64,000 nucleotides of DNA, taken from Octopus sinensis (lineage: Eukaryota). Position numbers and translations under genes: made by a program. Positions 1 to 12,600 of the stretch are shown here, piece after piece. The number at the start of each line of letters is the position of its first letter. Positions within the stretch are counted from its first letter, which is position 1. The notes under the pieces are model-generated. The model did not search any database. It had not been told where the DNA came from and saw nothing but the letters and a program-made list of their open reading frames with translations. The stretch is taken from positions 49,414,001-49,478,000 of the forward strand of contig NC_042997.1 in assembly GCF_006345805.1 (NCBI RefSeq). The letters are read 5' to 3'.

Positions 1-1935
1 TTGAAAACACACCTGTCTGTTTAAACAACTTTTGTCTTCTAAGCCTCTTGTGCGGAGTGTGATCTTTTTTTATACCTCAGCAGTAGTCTATCAACATGCC
101 AGGGTTCATTTTCCTTTGAATCGTCACACCATCACTGAAATATCCTGATAGAATCTTTCGCCATGTTCATCACTCACATCACCAAGATTTTCCGCAAAAA
201 ATTCCAAATGAGAGTGAAGCACATGACCTTTTAGAGACATGTTACATCCCATATCATGATAATGACTCAGTAGATCATTCACAATTCGCACATAGTCTTC
301 TGGAACGATGGTTGCCCAGGAAGTTATCGCAAACTTTCTTGAATGACTCAAAGGCAAGCTTCTCTTTTCTCTTGAGATGTGTGATGAAGGTTTCATCAAG
401 TATAATTTTTCGAATTTGGGAACCTATGAAGAAACCTTCTTTAATTTTAGCTTGACTCAGGGAAGGGAACTTTTCTGCAAGATATGCAAATGCGGAGGAT
501 TCCTCGTCCAAGGCTTTCACAAATTGCTTAAAAAAACCAAGTTTGATATGCAAAAGTGGTAAATAAATTCTATCACTTTTCACAAGTGATTTGTGCATGA
601 TGTTGTGTCTTCCTTGCTCAATTTCATCTCAGATCGACCAATCCTTGCGTACATAATGTTCAGCTCTTGCTCTGAATTTACATAAGCACAGGAAGAAGCA
701 AAATTTAGTATAGCCAAGCTGAAGGCCAGTAACCTTAAAATCTGCACAAATATGCCAGGTATGGTCATCATACTGTATGCTTGTTAGAATTGCTTTCAGA
801 TTTTTATATGATTCTTTCATGGTTGTGCTATAAGCTATGGAAACAGAAGGCAGAGTGTTACCATTGTGTAGCAGAACAGCTTTGATGCTGTCCTTGGATG
901 CATCTATGAAAAGTCGCCCGTTGGTATTTCCAATTGCTCAAACATTTCAGTGATGTCATTACAAAAGCAAAAGTCATCCATCATGGCGAATAATGCAAGC
1001 AGATCCTCAGTACGTTTTCTGTACAGTGTTATCTTCACTCATTTCTCAAGAAGATTACGTTATTGAAGCCTTGATGCCAGAAACTCACTTTTCCCTGGTT
1101 AAATAGAGATCCCTGCAGAATTCATTTAGAACCTCTTGAGAAAATGGTATTGGTTTATTCTCACTTTCTGGATCATTGGGCTCTACACATTCACCACTGG
1201 AATGTTCATCAGCACTGCTGGAACTCTGCATTTCTTGACCTGGAGGTTTGGACACAGATAAATTTTCTGAGTGCTCTACTGGGCGCATTGCTGATTGCAA
1301 ATTTGGGTAAACAATGTGCTTCTTTTTCTTTGCTGTAGTACAGCCTGTAAAGTCATGGTGACAGAAATAGTAATCCCTAGAATGATCTTTCTGCTCACGC
1401 CAAATCATTGGCACACCAAACTTCATGTGAACATTTTTTCCTGCATACCAGGCACTCAATGTCTTCACACATGTAAGGCAACACACATGAGGAGTCCATG
1501 ACTTATCCTGGTCTCCTAAGTAACAATCGAAGTACGCCTTGTATATTTTCTTGATATGGCCTGTACTACTGCGCTTTTATTTAGCATAGGTCAATTCCTC
1601 ACAGATATAACAGAATCTGTTTGGATCATTTTTGAACTGTCTTGCACTCTTTCTTGAAAACAAATAAGATCTGAAAGATAAAAAAATAACATTAAACGCA
1701 AGCTTTGAATCACATTGTAGGTGTTACTAAGATTGGTCTCTAGCCCTGGATTGAAGCCCATTTTACAATGCGGTAAAGAAATTTATTTAATAATAGTGAC
1801 AAAAAGAGTATACAGTGACAATTCTGTAGAAACCGTGCCTAATTCAACAAAAAAGGTCAGAAATGGATTTCCCATGTCATTTTGCATATAAAAATGGCCA
1901 CAGATCTTCTGTACTTTTTTGAGTGTTGCACAGTG
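1..1935 (-). mobile_element. Chapaev-type (CMC superfamily) DNA transposon, degenerate; other end lies outside the window
   Basis: On the minus strand the element starts CACTGTGCAACACTC at 1935 (CAC terminus typical of CMC elements) and carries transposase motifs downstream. Family assignment comes from remembered Chapaev protein motifs, not from a search. Confidence 0.75.
124..1660 (-). pseudogene. Frameshifted Chapaev-like transposase
   Basis: Successive minus-strand frames give NDPNRFCYIC, YKAYFDCYLGDQDKSWTPHVCCLTC, FGVPMIWREQKDH..YFC, YDDHTWHICADFKV..GYTKFCF, LPLLHIKLGFFKQFVKALD and HSHLEFFAENLGDVSDEHGERFYQDI, broken by stops and frameshifts. Confidence 0.85.
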
Positions 1936-2669
1936 TTATAGAATATTTACTTGCTACTGGAATGACAGCCTGCTAAGTGTGTTCCTCCACTGATCTGTAA
2001 TACACTGATTTTGTTGATATTCCTACATTCCTTCTCGGTTCCCATTTATCTCCTTAACTATCCTCAATCCCTTGCCAATGAAAGAGTTCCTGTGCAGTCG
2101 CTCCATTTGTACGAAGCAGTAAACAAAGCTTCCTCGACTTATACCATACCATCTTTAATGAAGAAAAAAAAAAGAGGGCAAGTTCTGAATACATATGGAA
2201 AGAAATGCCTGCCTTTCTATCATTCTCCCTAACTTAAAACACCTTGCCCCAAAAGATGAACGATGTACAGTCTAAGACGCGAAATGCTTGTGAGCCTGTG
2301 ATAAGGGTTTATAATACTACGGTGGATTTAGTCACTTTCGGAAGAGCTTGCGACATACTGAAGTAGTTCTTGCTTGAGGTAAAGCATCTCTGATATTCAT
2401 TTCACCAGTAATCTTTTAAATCAGCCAGCTCATATGAAGATAAGAAATCGAAAATTTAAGACAAAGAAAGGAGAAGGAACGGAAAGAGGAAAATGGGGAG
2501 AGAATTGCTTAAACGCAATTTTGTTCAACGAGAGAAGATTTCTCTTTTTACAATCTGCAAAAGAGCAAACCATAGCAACCACATTCATTTGGATTTCTTG
2601 GAGAACTTTTCAAGAACATAACTGATTCTTCCCCAGCCATGATGTATTTATCTTTTTCTATCCTTTTAT

Positions 2670-2850
2670 CATTTACTTGTTTCAGTCATTAGACTACGGA
2701 AATACTCGGGAACGCCTAGAAGGGTTCAGTCGAACAAAATGATCCCATTATGTTCATTTAAGTCTGGTATGTATTTCTCGGTGTCGGATTGCCGAACTGC
2801 TATGTTACGAGAACGTAAACAAATCAGCGCCGGCTATCAATCGATGGTGA
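2670..2850 (-). mobile_element. Degenerate 3' part of SINE family B
   Basis: TTTACTTGTTTCAGTCATT tail plus diverged GCCGAACTGCTA..TTACG body, matching better copies at 22730 and 53153. Confidence 0.6.
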
Positions 2851-2969
2851 GGGTTTAGTCCCACTGCGTGGCAACTTGGGCAAGTGTCTTCTACTATAGC
2901 CTCGGGCCGACCAAAGCCTTGTGAGTGGATTTGGTAGACGGAAACTGAAAGAAGCCCGCCGTATATACG

Positions 2970-3023
<54 letters not shown>

Positions 3024-3027
3024 ATAT

Positions 3028-3157
3028 ACTTTATTTTAAGCAGCAGAAAATTCAACAAAATCTGTTACTCTGAGTTTCTCGTTGCCGTTCATCAGACAGT
3101 TTTTGCTAGAATGGAACCGATATATCAATTCAATCTAGACTCTTACAAACGCTACAC

Positions 3158-3160
<3 letters not shown>
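3028..3160 (-). mobile_element. ~135-bp hammerhead-bearing mini-element (PLE terminal-repeat-like) inserted in the (TA)n of a SINE
   Basis: Non-SINE sequence flanked by (TA)n on both sides; its 3' 35 nt (TTGTTGAATTTTCTGCTGCTT.AAATAAAG) recur at 49904-49980. Confidence 0.7.
3056..3105 (-). ncRNA. Type I hammerhead ribozyme, predicted GUA cleavage between 3066 and 3065
   Basis: CAAAAACTGT-CTGATGA-ACG(GCAA)CGA-GAAA-CTCAGAG-TA-ACAGATTTTG: stem I 9/10 bp, intact core, stem III ACTC-A-GAGT self-complementary. The basal pair of stem II is an A.A mismatch. Confidence 0.78.
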
Positions 3161-3210
<50 letters not shown>

Positions 3211-4204
3211 TATGTACATATGTGTATATGTGTATATGTTTGTGTGTCTGTGTTTGTCCCCCATTATCGCTTGACAACCGATGCTGGTGTGTTTACGTCC
3301 CCGTAACTTAGCGGTTCGGCAAAAGGGATCGATAGAATAAGTACTAGGCTTCCAAAGAATAAGCCCTAGGGTCGATTTGCTTGACTAAAGGCAGTGCTCC
3401 AGCATGGCCGCAGTCAAATTACTGAAACAAGTAAAAGAGTAAAAGAGTAATACTTATTTTATTTATATACCCAGGAAGGTGAAAGGAAAAGTCGACATTA
3501 CCAGGTTTTGAATTCACAGTGTAAATGAAAGACAGCAAATAAATACAGGAAATATTTTGTTTGTAGCGCACCTCGGTGATATCCTCGCTGTTTGAGAGAC
3601 ATCATACCATTAATGTCGTGGTAGATATCAGCTATCCTTCGGTTACTTAGGCCAAGTTGTGTCCGCTACTCTGATTGGTTGGTTCTGGTGCCACTACAAG
3701 CTTTATCTTCTCGTGCTCCGCACTGAAGGGGAGGTCATGTAGTGACGGCAGGTTTCAGACGCCACTTTCGGATGTTCATCTGCGCATGTTGTTCTAGTGA
3801 TTATACCACTCGATACTCCCGATAGAAAGCCACTTGCATCAGGTATTGATAAAATAATTACCAGTAAAACATCAGGGTTCATTCAACAATAAGGAACAAT
3901 GGGAACTGACACAGGGGATTTGTATTATGGTCAAATTGTTATTTTGGCTTTATAACTAAATGACGACAGAAAATAAATAATTAGCATATACAATAGCATA
4001 CTATGATTAGAATAATTGTGGTTAACATTTCATGGAAGTTTGTACGTGTGTATGTGCGTGTGTGTGTGTTTGTTTGTGAGCGTGTGTGTGTGTGTGTGTG
4101 TGAGTGTGCATAATATGCACAATAATCTTCTACATATACAAATACGTACATTACACACGTACGTACATATACATACACATATATAAATATGTATATGTAT
4201 TAAA

Positions 4205-4268
<64 letters not shown>

Positions 4269-4359
4269 GTCTGTCTATCTATCTATATATCTATCTATCT
4301 ATCTATATACATACATACATACATACATACATACATACATACATACATACATACATACA

Positions 4360-4847
4360 GGTCTTGGAGCGGGCCGAGATCCCCAGCATTGAAACCACGC
4401 TACTGAAGTCCCACCTCCGATGAGCAGGGCAAGTCTCCAGAATGGAGAACCATCGCCTTCCAAAGATTGCCCTGTTTGGCGAACTCTCCACCGGTCACCG
4501 AGTGAGAGGAGCTCCGAGGAAGCGCAACAATGACTGCCTCAAGAAGTCTCTAGCAGCATGTCATATTAACCACCAATGCTGGTCAGACCTGGCTGCGGAC
4601 CGTGATGTTGGCATCACACGATCTTCAACGCAGTCAGCAAGTTTGAGGAACAAAGAAGAGACGCACTTAAAGACAAGAGACGCAGGAGGAAGGCACGAGC
4701 CGCCTCTGACACCACACCGGATGCTACCTTCGTCTGTGGACACTGCTCACGGACATGCCTTTCCCATATCGGACTTGTCAGTCATGAGCGTTCATGCACA
4801 TGACGTGGACAGCCTTCCTGATCTTCGTTCGCGAAGCCGAGCCATGA
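4360..4847 (+). mobile_element. 3' end of an RTE-clade LINE (BovB-like) inserted in (CATA)n
   Basis: VLERAEIPSIET.LLK..LR*AGQVSRMENHRLPKIALFGELSTGHR.RGAPRKR..DCLKKSL is the RT C-terminal region typical of RTE; ends GATCTTCGTTCGCGAAGCCGAGCCATGA. Confidence 0.88.
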
Positions 4848-4881
4848 CATGCATACATACATACATACATACATACATACA

Positions 4882-4915
<34 letters not shown>

Positions 4916-5172
4916 CATATATACATACACACACAGACACATGAAAATATAAATATTATTAAAATAGTAATATTATTATCCAACAAAAAATAAACCACAA
5001 TATATAAAGCCGTGGTACATGAAGCATAATTATTGCTAAAAATAGCAGCCGGTAAGCTTTCGACGCTATTTTTCACTGAACTCGGTTATGATTATCACTG
5101 AATAAACAGGCAGAAATATGGTGGACCAGTATTATGACCCGTCGTTGCCAGGTCATAGTGCTAGTGCATGTA

Positions 5173-5223
<51 letters not shown>

Positions 5224-5314
5224 ACGTATTACATGTATATCTATATATATATACATCTACACATAAAATACAAAATGCAAAGTTATATCTTGATATCGCT
5301 AGTGATAACAATAC

Positions 5315-5640
5315 TCAAAATATATAACAGACTGGAATTGTAGGCCCGTCTCTTGCAATTTCGATCAATTGTATCTTGTCCTCCCTCTTGTATAGAAGTG
5401 TGGCTACAATCCAGCCAACCTCTACTTCTGGGGGGACATTTTTAATTTTTATCCGGGACGTCCTACGTCCCAGATATAAAGGTAAAAATAAAATATTTCC
5501 ATTTTGCAAGGTTCAAGTCGAGTACTCCCTTGCACGCTCCGTTGACTCGAAACCTGCTTCTATTGTGGGGAATTTACCGCCTCTGGTTAGATATCTTTCA
5601 TAGCCGCACCAAGACACTTTTCGATGGTGCTTTCCTCCAG
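5315..5640 (-). pseudogene. Possible retroelement ORF1/gag-like fragment
   Basis: Non-repetitive protein-like frame (LFLPLYLGRRTSRIKIKNVPPEVEVGWIVATLL) with no splice signals or recognised host family; assignment is a guess. Confidence 0.25.
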
Positions 5641-6489
5641 GTGTTCAATTTTTTCTCTACATTGTATACTTTATAGACAGTAGTATTTTCTTTAATTTAA
5701 TTTTTTATTTCGTTTGGTGGTGTTATCCTAGATTCACCGTCTTTGTCGGTGATCAATCCAAAATAGGTTTGTATTTCTTCCATTTTAATTTTAATGAGTT
5801 CGCACCCGCCGACGGCTGCAGCGAAATTCATTTTTGGACTTTCTTCTATCGAAGGCATTTTAACAAAAATGCATCCGTATAAACAGTGAAAATATTGTCA
5901 ATTTCCCCAAACAGGGACACAATTCAATTTTTAAACAATAACCAAAGCTCCTTCTCCCAAAGAGGGAGGGTTACAGTTTACAATTATTTAACAAATGCAA
6001 CACAACAACGTTTCCCTTACGAAGAACCAACAAACGTGATAACAGTAGTGAAACAGTAATAGTAATAACAACAAACCTTACGGTGAAGCAAAAAGCAGTA
6101 CGCAGTTGAAGCTGTAGTCCTTTATGTATAAGAAATAAACCAACAACAGTACTCAATAGAAGCAGCTGTTCGAGAAAACAGACATTACATATAGCGAGAC
6201 TTCATATAGATACTTAATGCTAGCTAATTAGCAGATAATCTAATCTAAAAGCCGTGGTAAACGGTATGTGCACAGCTCCATCTAGACTATTCCATTTCTG
6301 CACACCAATTTTATTTTTAATTTATTCGCATTCATGTGAAAGCACTTATTCAAGTTCAAGTCATTGATGCAATTTTATGCCAATTGCTATTTTTACTTTA
6401 GTTATGTTACGATTATATTATAGTTTAGTTTGATGTTAATTATTACTTACTACATATAATTCAATTGTTATTATTATCTCTAATTCTTA

Positions 6490-6758
6490 TTGTTAAAGTG
6501 AAAGCATCTGACATAAAATAGAGAAATGTTTTTGTTTCACTTTTAACACGTAACACTGAAATAGTGGAGAAGATATGATATTGCTATGGGCTCGCCCTAG
6601 GCAAGAAGTTGAACTTGTTTTTTGACCATGAAAGTACATGGGCCCTAAGTAAGGCATGTGTAAAATTTGAATAAAATTGGTTGTGTAGTTCTCAAATTTT
6701 AGGGAATCGTAGTGGAGAAGATATGATATTGTGTAGTTCTCAAGTTTTAGGGAAACAC

Positions 6759-6837
<79 letters not shown>

Positions 6838-6851
6838 CACATTCTCAGTTT

Positions 6852-6860
<9 letters not shown>
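6490..6860 (-). mobile_element. Partial non-autonomous Helitron-like element (5' part with (GACA)n)
   Basis: End ..ACAGACACACATTCTCAGTTTTATATAT resembles the 5' ends at 11062 and 28675; internal duplicated blocks TAGTGGAGAAGATATGATATTG and GTGTAGTTCTCAA.TTTTAGGGA. No CTAG 3' end seen. Confidence 0.45.
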
Positions 6861-6883
<23 letters not shown>

Positions 6884-7539
6884 CATATATATATATGCAT
6901 ATATATATATGCATATATATATATATGCATATATATATATGCATATATATATATATACATATACATATACATATACATATATATATATCTAAATACATGT
7001 GTGTGTATGTATGTATGTATAGATCGATCGATAGATAGATAGATAGATACACACACATACAAATATATATGTGAGAGTATGTATATGTATACATATACAT
7101 ATACACATATAAAAGTGTATATATATATATGTGTGTGTGTGTGTGTATGTGTGTGTGTGTGCTTTTCAAGAGAATATTTGCTATTATATACAAACATGAA
7201 TGGAAGGCATTTCAACACAAGCAGGAATGTAAAATGTCTGATATACTGTACCATTTAAGATAATATTTTTGTTTATAGCTATTGCCTTTTGTTTTTTCTT
7301 CCTTTTTTTTTACAAAGTTAGTAGCAGTTTTGTATTATTGTTCAGCTACGTCGGTTAACAGTTATCTGGATGAATAATGTTTAGATAATTGTATAATTGT
7401 TTGTTTCATACGAACATATTTCGATATACAACACAAACACACACCCATACGTAAGATTGTGTGTGTGTTTCTGTGTGTCTGTGTGTGTGTCTATGTATGT
7501 ATGTATACATGCATGCATGTATGCATGCATGCATGTATG

Positions 7540-7573
<34 letters not shown>

Positions 7574-7715
7574 TGTATGTATGTATGCATGTATGTATGT
7601 ATGTATGTATGTGTGATCCAGTCTGACTTGTCTGTTAAAAACAGTTGCACGACACGGAAACTCCTTAGCAGCAGCCCAAGGGAATGGTCTACATACATAC
7701 ATACATACATTGTGA

Positions 7716-7942
7716 CCTCTTTCGGTGATGAATGACCATGGGATTGCACCTAGAACGTAGTTCTCGGGGAGATTCAGTGTGACACAGAGTGTGACAAGAC
7801 TGGCCCTTTGAAATACATGTACAACAGAAACAGGAAGGAAGAGTGAGAGAAAGTTGTGGTGAAAGGGTACAGCAGGGTTTACCACCACTCCCTGCCGGAG
7901 ACCGCGAGTCCGCTGCCCTAACCACTGGGCCATTACGCCTCC
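7716..7942 (-). mobile_element. tRNA-derived SINE, head type D
   Basis: Head GGAGGCGTAATGGCCCAGTGGTTAGGGCAGCGGACTCGCGG (A box); body shared with 14775-15060 and 42105-42424; tail shared with 36205-36446. Confidence 0.8.
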
Positions 7943-7977
7943 GCTACATACACTCATACATACATACATACATACAT

Positions 7978-8020
<43 letters not shown>

Positions 8021-8039
8021 GGCCATGACTAGGCCTTGT

Positions 8040-9530
8040 ACACTATCTGTGAATTCTCATTTGTACCTATTCTCATTGGTACATTAGGTGATGTACCAAC
8101 AAGTTAGTACAAAACCTAGAAATACTCGGTTTCACGGACAAAAGCAAAAGAAACTGAAGCGGATTCCTCAAATACAATATATTAGTGGCATAGTGAAGAT
8201 TTGTAAAACATTCCAAAGATTCTCGCTCTGAGATTCTCTAGGGAAATAGGTGCACACACTTGGGTGTATGCATCGACAGTTCAACCAACAGAACCACATA
8301 TTTACAAAGCCGGGAACTCTCTTAATTCAAAAAGTTTTGTGGGGTTGTTAACAGCCGGCCTGAACGGACTAAAAGCATAGCTTTTATTTTGTTGTGAAAC
8401 TACAAGTATTTTGGAGGGGCTGAGAATGTCAGGTATGTTGGACCCATCAATGAGGAGGGGACAGGGGCAAAATCTCAAACGAGAAAAAAGTATGATCTGA
8501 ACTCTCAGTATACAACAAACATCTCGCCAACAACACCTTTGCAGTGCCTATCCCACATCGGGCATTTTTAAACTACTCGCTGCATGAGCTCAACGAGGTA
8601 GGCATACGAACAGTGTGAATGGAAACCCTGACGTCAGAGATGTTGACAGGTTATACTTCCCACGTAAGGATGATGACCGAGATTTTAGATCTATCTTTAT
8701 GTTATATGGAACTCATATTGTAGTACTGAAGTAAAATCTGCAACAGAAAAAACGGGCCAGTAGCTATCTTGCCCAAGTTTGCGAGCACAAAAACATCATT
8801 AGGACAGTTAATGAACTTGAGGAGAGACATGTAGTAAGAGTTGATGCAAACATCTCAAGGAACGTTAAAATGTTTTGTCTAACACGGCAACGAAATAAAA
8901 AGAAATGTGCTTGGGGCGAAAGCCCCAAATCATAGAGGGAATAAATCACGTTAAAAAGTTTAGCGTGGAGAACCAACAAATTTATATCATCCCACTTTGA
9001 AGGCTACCTCCATGCAATTCAAGAACAAGACATCTCCACCTAGAATCTGCAGTATTGATGGACAGCAAAGGTAGGCTGTGCAAAATTAAAGCTGAAGACA
9101 GCAACTATATTTCTTGCCAACTGCGCGAGAATGGCTGGTGGGTATTATCTTTCCAAGAGGCGTCGCTTGGTGCCAGAACAATTTGGAACAGAAAAGAAAA
9201 AATGCAGAAAATACCAGCTGATAAAGATGAGTATATTGAGAGCGGGGGGTCAATTTTAAAACATCTACCAAATTAAAATACAACTGACCAGATATTGCTC
9301 TGTAGGACTAAAAGAAAATAATGCTCTGTTGTAGAATTCAGCAATCCTCTGGGCAGAAAACTAAGGAGAAAGACAATACCTATGAACCAATGATAAGGAG
9401 TTTACGAATCCAAGATCCAAGATACACTTTCAGTTTCATACCTATTATTATTAGAGCAACAAGATATGTACCAACCCGGCTGGAGCAAAGTATGGCTGTA
9501 GTTGGATTTTGGAAGAGGAAATGCATCTCC
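8040..9530 (+). mobile_element. Two adjacent relics of an R4/Dong-like non-LTR retrotransposon (restriction-like endonuclease type)
   Basis: Frames give YKYFGGAENVRYVGPIN, DVDRLYFPRK, CCHC-like GRLCKIKAED, and YEPMIRSLRIQDPRYTFSFIPIII..RYVPTRL. An upstream second 3' end reads FVPILIGTLGDVPT..LEILGF..ISGIVKICKTFQRFSL* (stop 8229-8231). Confidence 0.72.
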
Positions 9531-9859
9531 GTAATTCATATGCTATAGATAACACGATATAAGGGGAAAACACAATATTTGTATGACTTTTTTGAAATTG
9601 AAAAAAAGGTGAGCAAGATGGTTTCCTTTACAAGCTTACTACCAAGCAGGTGGTCGGTCGATATTAATTCTAAATAATAAAAGAGTAAAAGAAAACATGC
9701 AAACATACTTACATGCATACATAGATACATACATACGCGTACACACACACACACACACACGCGTGCGCGCGCGCGCACACAAATGCATACATGCCGAAGA
9801 TTTTCTATTTTGGATATATTTGGGGTACTTCGGTCTGCTCAGGACTTGGTGTTTGCTTT

Positions 9860-10085
9860 TTCCTTGGGTATGAGTAAGTATTTCACTTATATCTCGCGTA
9901 TTTGCCGCTGAAGAGGAGAAAATTCTTATGGATTAACGCCGAAATTGGTCCAATGCGGTAATAAAGAATATTTTAGAAATTTCTATCGGTTTGTTTCGAG
10001 ACGCATAAATTATAATGGTTAATTGACAATTTTTGTCTTTTTTTCGGCATATTTGGCATTAGAATTTTTCTTTTGCCCTTATATT
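9860..10085 (+). mobile_element. Dispersed repeat with a degenerate hammerhead core (sibling at 50125-50320)
   Basis: CTGAAGA-GG..CC-GAAA-TTG-GTC at 9908-9950; downstream TTCGG.ATATTTGGCATTAGAA.TTTT..TTTGCCCTTAT shared with the 50125 copy. Confidence 0.55.
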
Positions 10086-10634
10086 GTGAATTATTTATAA
10101 ATCTAACCTTTAAAGGTATTTTTTGATATGCTTTTATCCTACATTAGTCATATATATATATATATATATAACAAAGTAAAGACTTACTTTGGACAAGGCT
10201 GCATGGCGTTCGATTATAAATAAATAAATATAAAATACATCAAGTACAGGATATCACCAACGAGTGAAAAATACATAAGCACACGAGAGATAAGTACAGG
10301 ACACAATGCCAAAAAAATTACAAATGTCACACGAGTTAAATTCGACCCTGCACAAATACATATATTGATGCATACCTGCATCCATACATCCATATATATA
10401 TATATTATAATAATAATGAGTATAACTCCAAACTTACAGGGAAAAATTCAATTTAGTATTAAATAAAATTTCACAATATAAATATATAAAATATAAATTA
10501 GAGATAGAACCACTAATTATGCATATAGTTATTAATATAATATTTAGAAAATTTGCCTCTAAGGTTTTTATTTTCGAGCTGACCTCCTTATAAAATCATG
10601 AATGATTTTATCCGTTATAATATAATGTAAAATA

Positions 10635-10666
<32 letters not shown>

Positions 10667-11062
10667 CTAGCAGTATCGCCCGGCGTTGCTCGGGTTTGTA
10701 AGGGAACTAACTATATAAGCATTTTTAGAAATGTAAAGTATAATAGCCATCTCAATATGGCTAACCACAAAGGGGGGTTGTTACTGTAGCTTTTTACGTT
10801 CTGAGATTTAATAATACATTTTTAGAGAGTTACTTCCCTTATATAATAGCAACAAAATACATTAAAAATGGGAAAAAATTATGGTAATTTTTTTTTTTAA
10901 TCGTAGACTCATCGTAGACGCGCGCTAATACCCAGAAGGGTTCGATATGAATCACGACTATAAGATACCCGCTTTTGGTTACACTGCACCGCAAAATGTG
11001 GGAGTAGTTAGAAATCTAAATCGTAGAAGACAGACACACAACTTCACTTTTATATATAAAGA
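10667..11062 (-). mobile_element. Non-autonomous Helitron
   Basis: Minus strand begins TC (11062), ends with hairpin CCCGAGCAACGCCGGG followed by CTAG (10670-10667), inserted between A and T; no TSD. Confidence 0.85.
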
Positions 11063-11178
11063 TATATATACATACATACATCCATACATATACATACATA
11101 CATGCATACATGCATACATATACATACATACATACATACATACATACATACATACATACATACATACATACATACATA

Positions 11179-11376
11179 CGAGAGGGTATTGAAAAGTTCC
11201 TGGTTTTAAGGGTATCGAGAAAGACCTGGTTGGAAAACCAACCTTCCGAGTTGTTTTTCAGGGCTTAGAAAAATTGAAGTACCGCTGCAATAAGTGTGGG
11301 AATCTGAGAAGAGAACAGGTTGAACTGATCATCCTGTACTTTTTTCCAAAGCCAAAAACTTTTCAACACTCCCTTG
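11179..11376 (+). mobile_element. Mariner-derived MITE
   Basis: TA-flanked; TIRs CGAGAGGGTATTGAAAAGTTCCTGG / GCCAAAAACTTTTCAACACTCCCTTG; retains the transposase C-terminus KYRCNKCGNLRREQVE. Confidence 0.85.
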
Positions 11377-12464
11377 TATATATAGCGTTCGCTATTTTCC
11401 TCTCGTTCTGGTCCAGCAGTCCTCCATGTTTGTTTTCATTCGGTTTCCTTGTATGTCTCCACTGTCCTGTTTTTGTTCCCAACTTTGACCCTCCATAAAT
11501 CGTAAATTTTATTTTAGAATTTATGAAAACTTATATTGTCGTTGAATGCTCGAAATGAGGAATAGATAGACAGCCGGCAACTGATGAAGGGTTCTTTCTC
11601 TGTGTTTACTTGTTCTGTTCCCAATTTTCCCTCATTTACGAATTTCATGTTGTCTGAACCGTTGGTGACGTCCCGTACCCATATATGCTGGCCGACCGGT
11701 TCACTGAACAGAGATGTTCGGCTACGCACGAAAGACCCGTCGTCCGTCATTTCCGCTTAGCCCCTAACTTCCCCTCTAATATCACCGTCTTTGGCCTCGC
11801 CCTGCACCACGGATCCACACACTCGCGACTGTTACTCGAAAATGTAACAGCGTTACATTTTCAATCTACAAACACATATTGCTTTCAGACTCAACACGAC
11901 ACCCTCCTCTTAACGACTATCTCTACAAAAACAACTTTTTATTTTATTTTATTCTATCTTATTTTAGTTCATCTTATTTTATCCTGCCATTATACCCACT
12001 TTTTAACACCGTTAGCCCTTCTCGATTTATTATCATTTTCTTTCTGTCGTATTGTTTAACTTTTTAATTGCGTTATTTTTATAATTGTATTAATTTCTAT
12101 TTTATCCTTTTAATTATTATTATTTTTTATTTTATTATTATTCTTTTTCTTTTTATTTTTTATCTTGCAACGACTCATTTTTACATCTTGTAACCTATTC
12201 CACTTTTCCTCTCGTTATTTATCATTTTTATTTTATGATATTTTATTTTATTTCTATATACACGCACATATACATACACACATGTATATATACACACATA
12301 CGAAAAACTACACGCACCCGCGCACACACATGAACGTGCACGCACACAGACTTGCGCGCACGCACATACACATACACACACATATCTCTTTCTCTTACAC
12401 TCTCCTCTATTAGAAAGAACTTTTTCTTCACCCATTCCCTTCCGGTTATTTCAAAATGTAACCA

Positions 12465-12600
12465 CATGTGAATCGTTGGCGATTTTCTCCCCCCGTCTTC
12501 CTTTCTATTGGACTTTCTTCTGTGTCCGAAGAAGAACGTCTGCTCGAAACATTAAACCATCTTTCCTTCCTTCTCTGAGCGTCTGCAAATACTTTACATT
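12465..12600 (+). mobile_element. Degenerate copy of hammerhead repeat family C
   Basis: CGTTGGCGATTTT..CCGAAGAAGAACGTCTGCTCGAAACATTAAACC matches 40475-40650 and 55530-55722; core mutated (CCGA). Confidence 0.55.

Larger units (their letters stand above)
2855..3452 (+). mobile_element. tRNA-derived SINE family B, 5'-truncated, with an insertion in its internal (TA)n
   Basis: B-box-like GGTTTAGTCCC, CTTGGGCAAGTG body, internal microsatellite, and tail GCTCCAGCATGGCCGCAGTCAAAT..GAAACAA(GTAAAAGA)n shared with other copies in the window. Confidence 0.9.

Noticed and set aside
1195-1215. CTGATGA on the minus strand (similar hits at 13795, 40246 and 57150)
   Set aside because: Chance heptamer with no paired stem II followed by GAAA.
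11540-11600. CTGATGAAGG as a hammerhead
   Set aside because: No downstream GAAA or stem III; the upstream GAAA gives no stems I or III.
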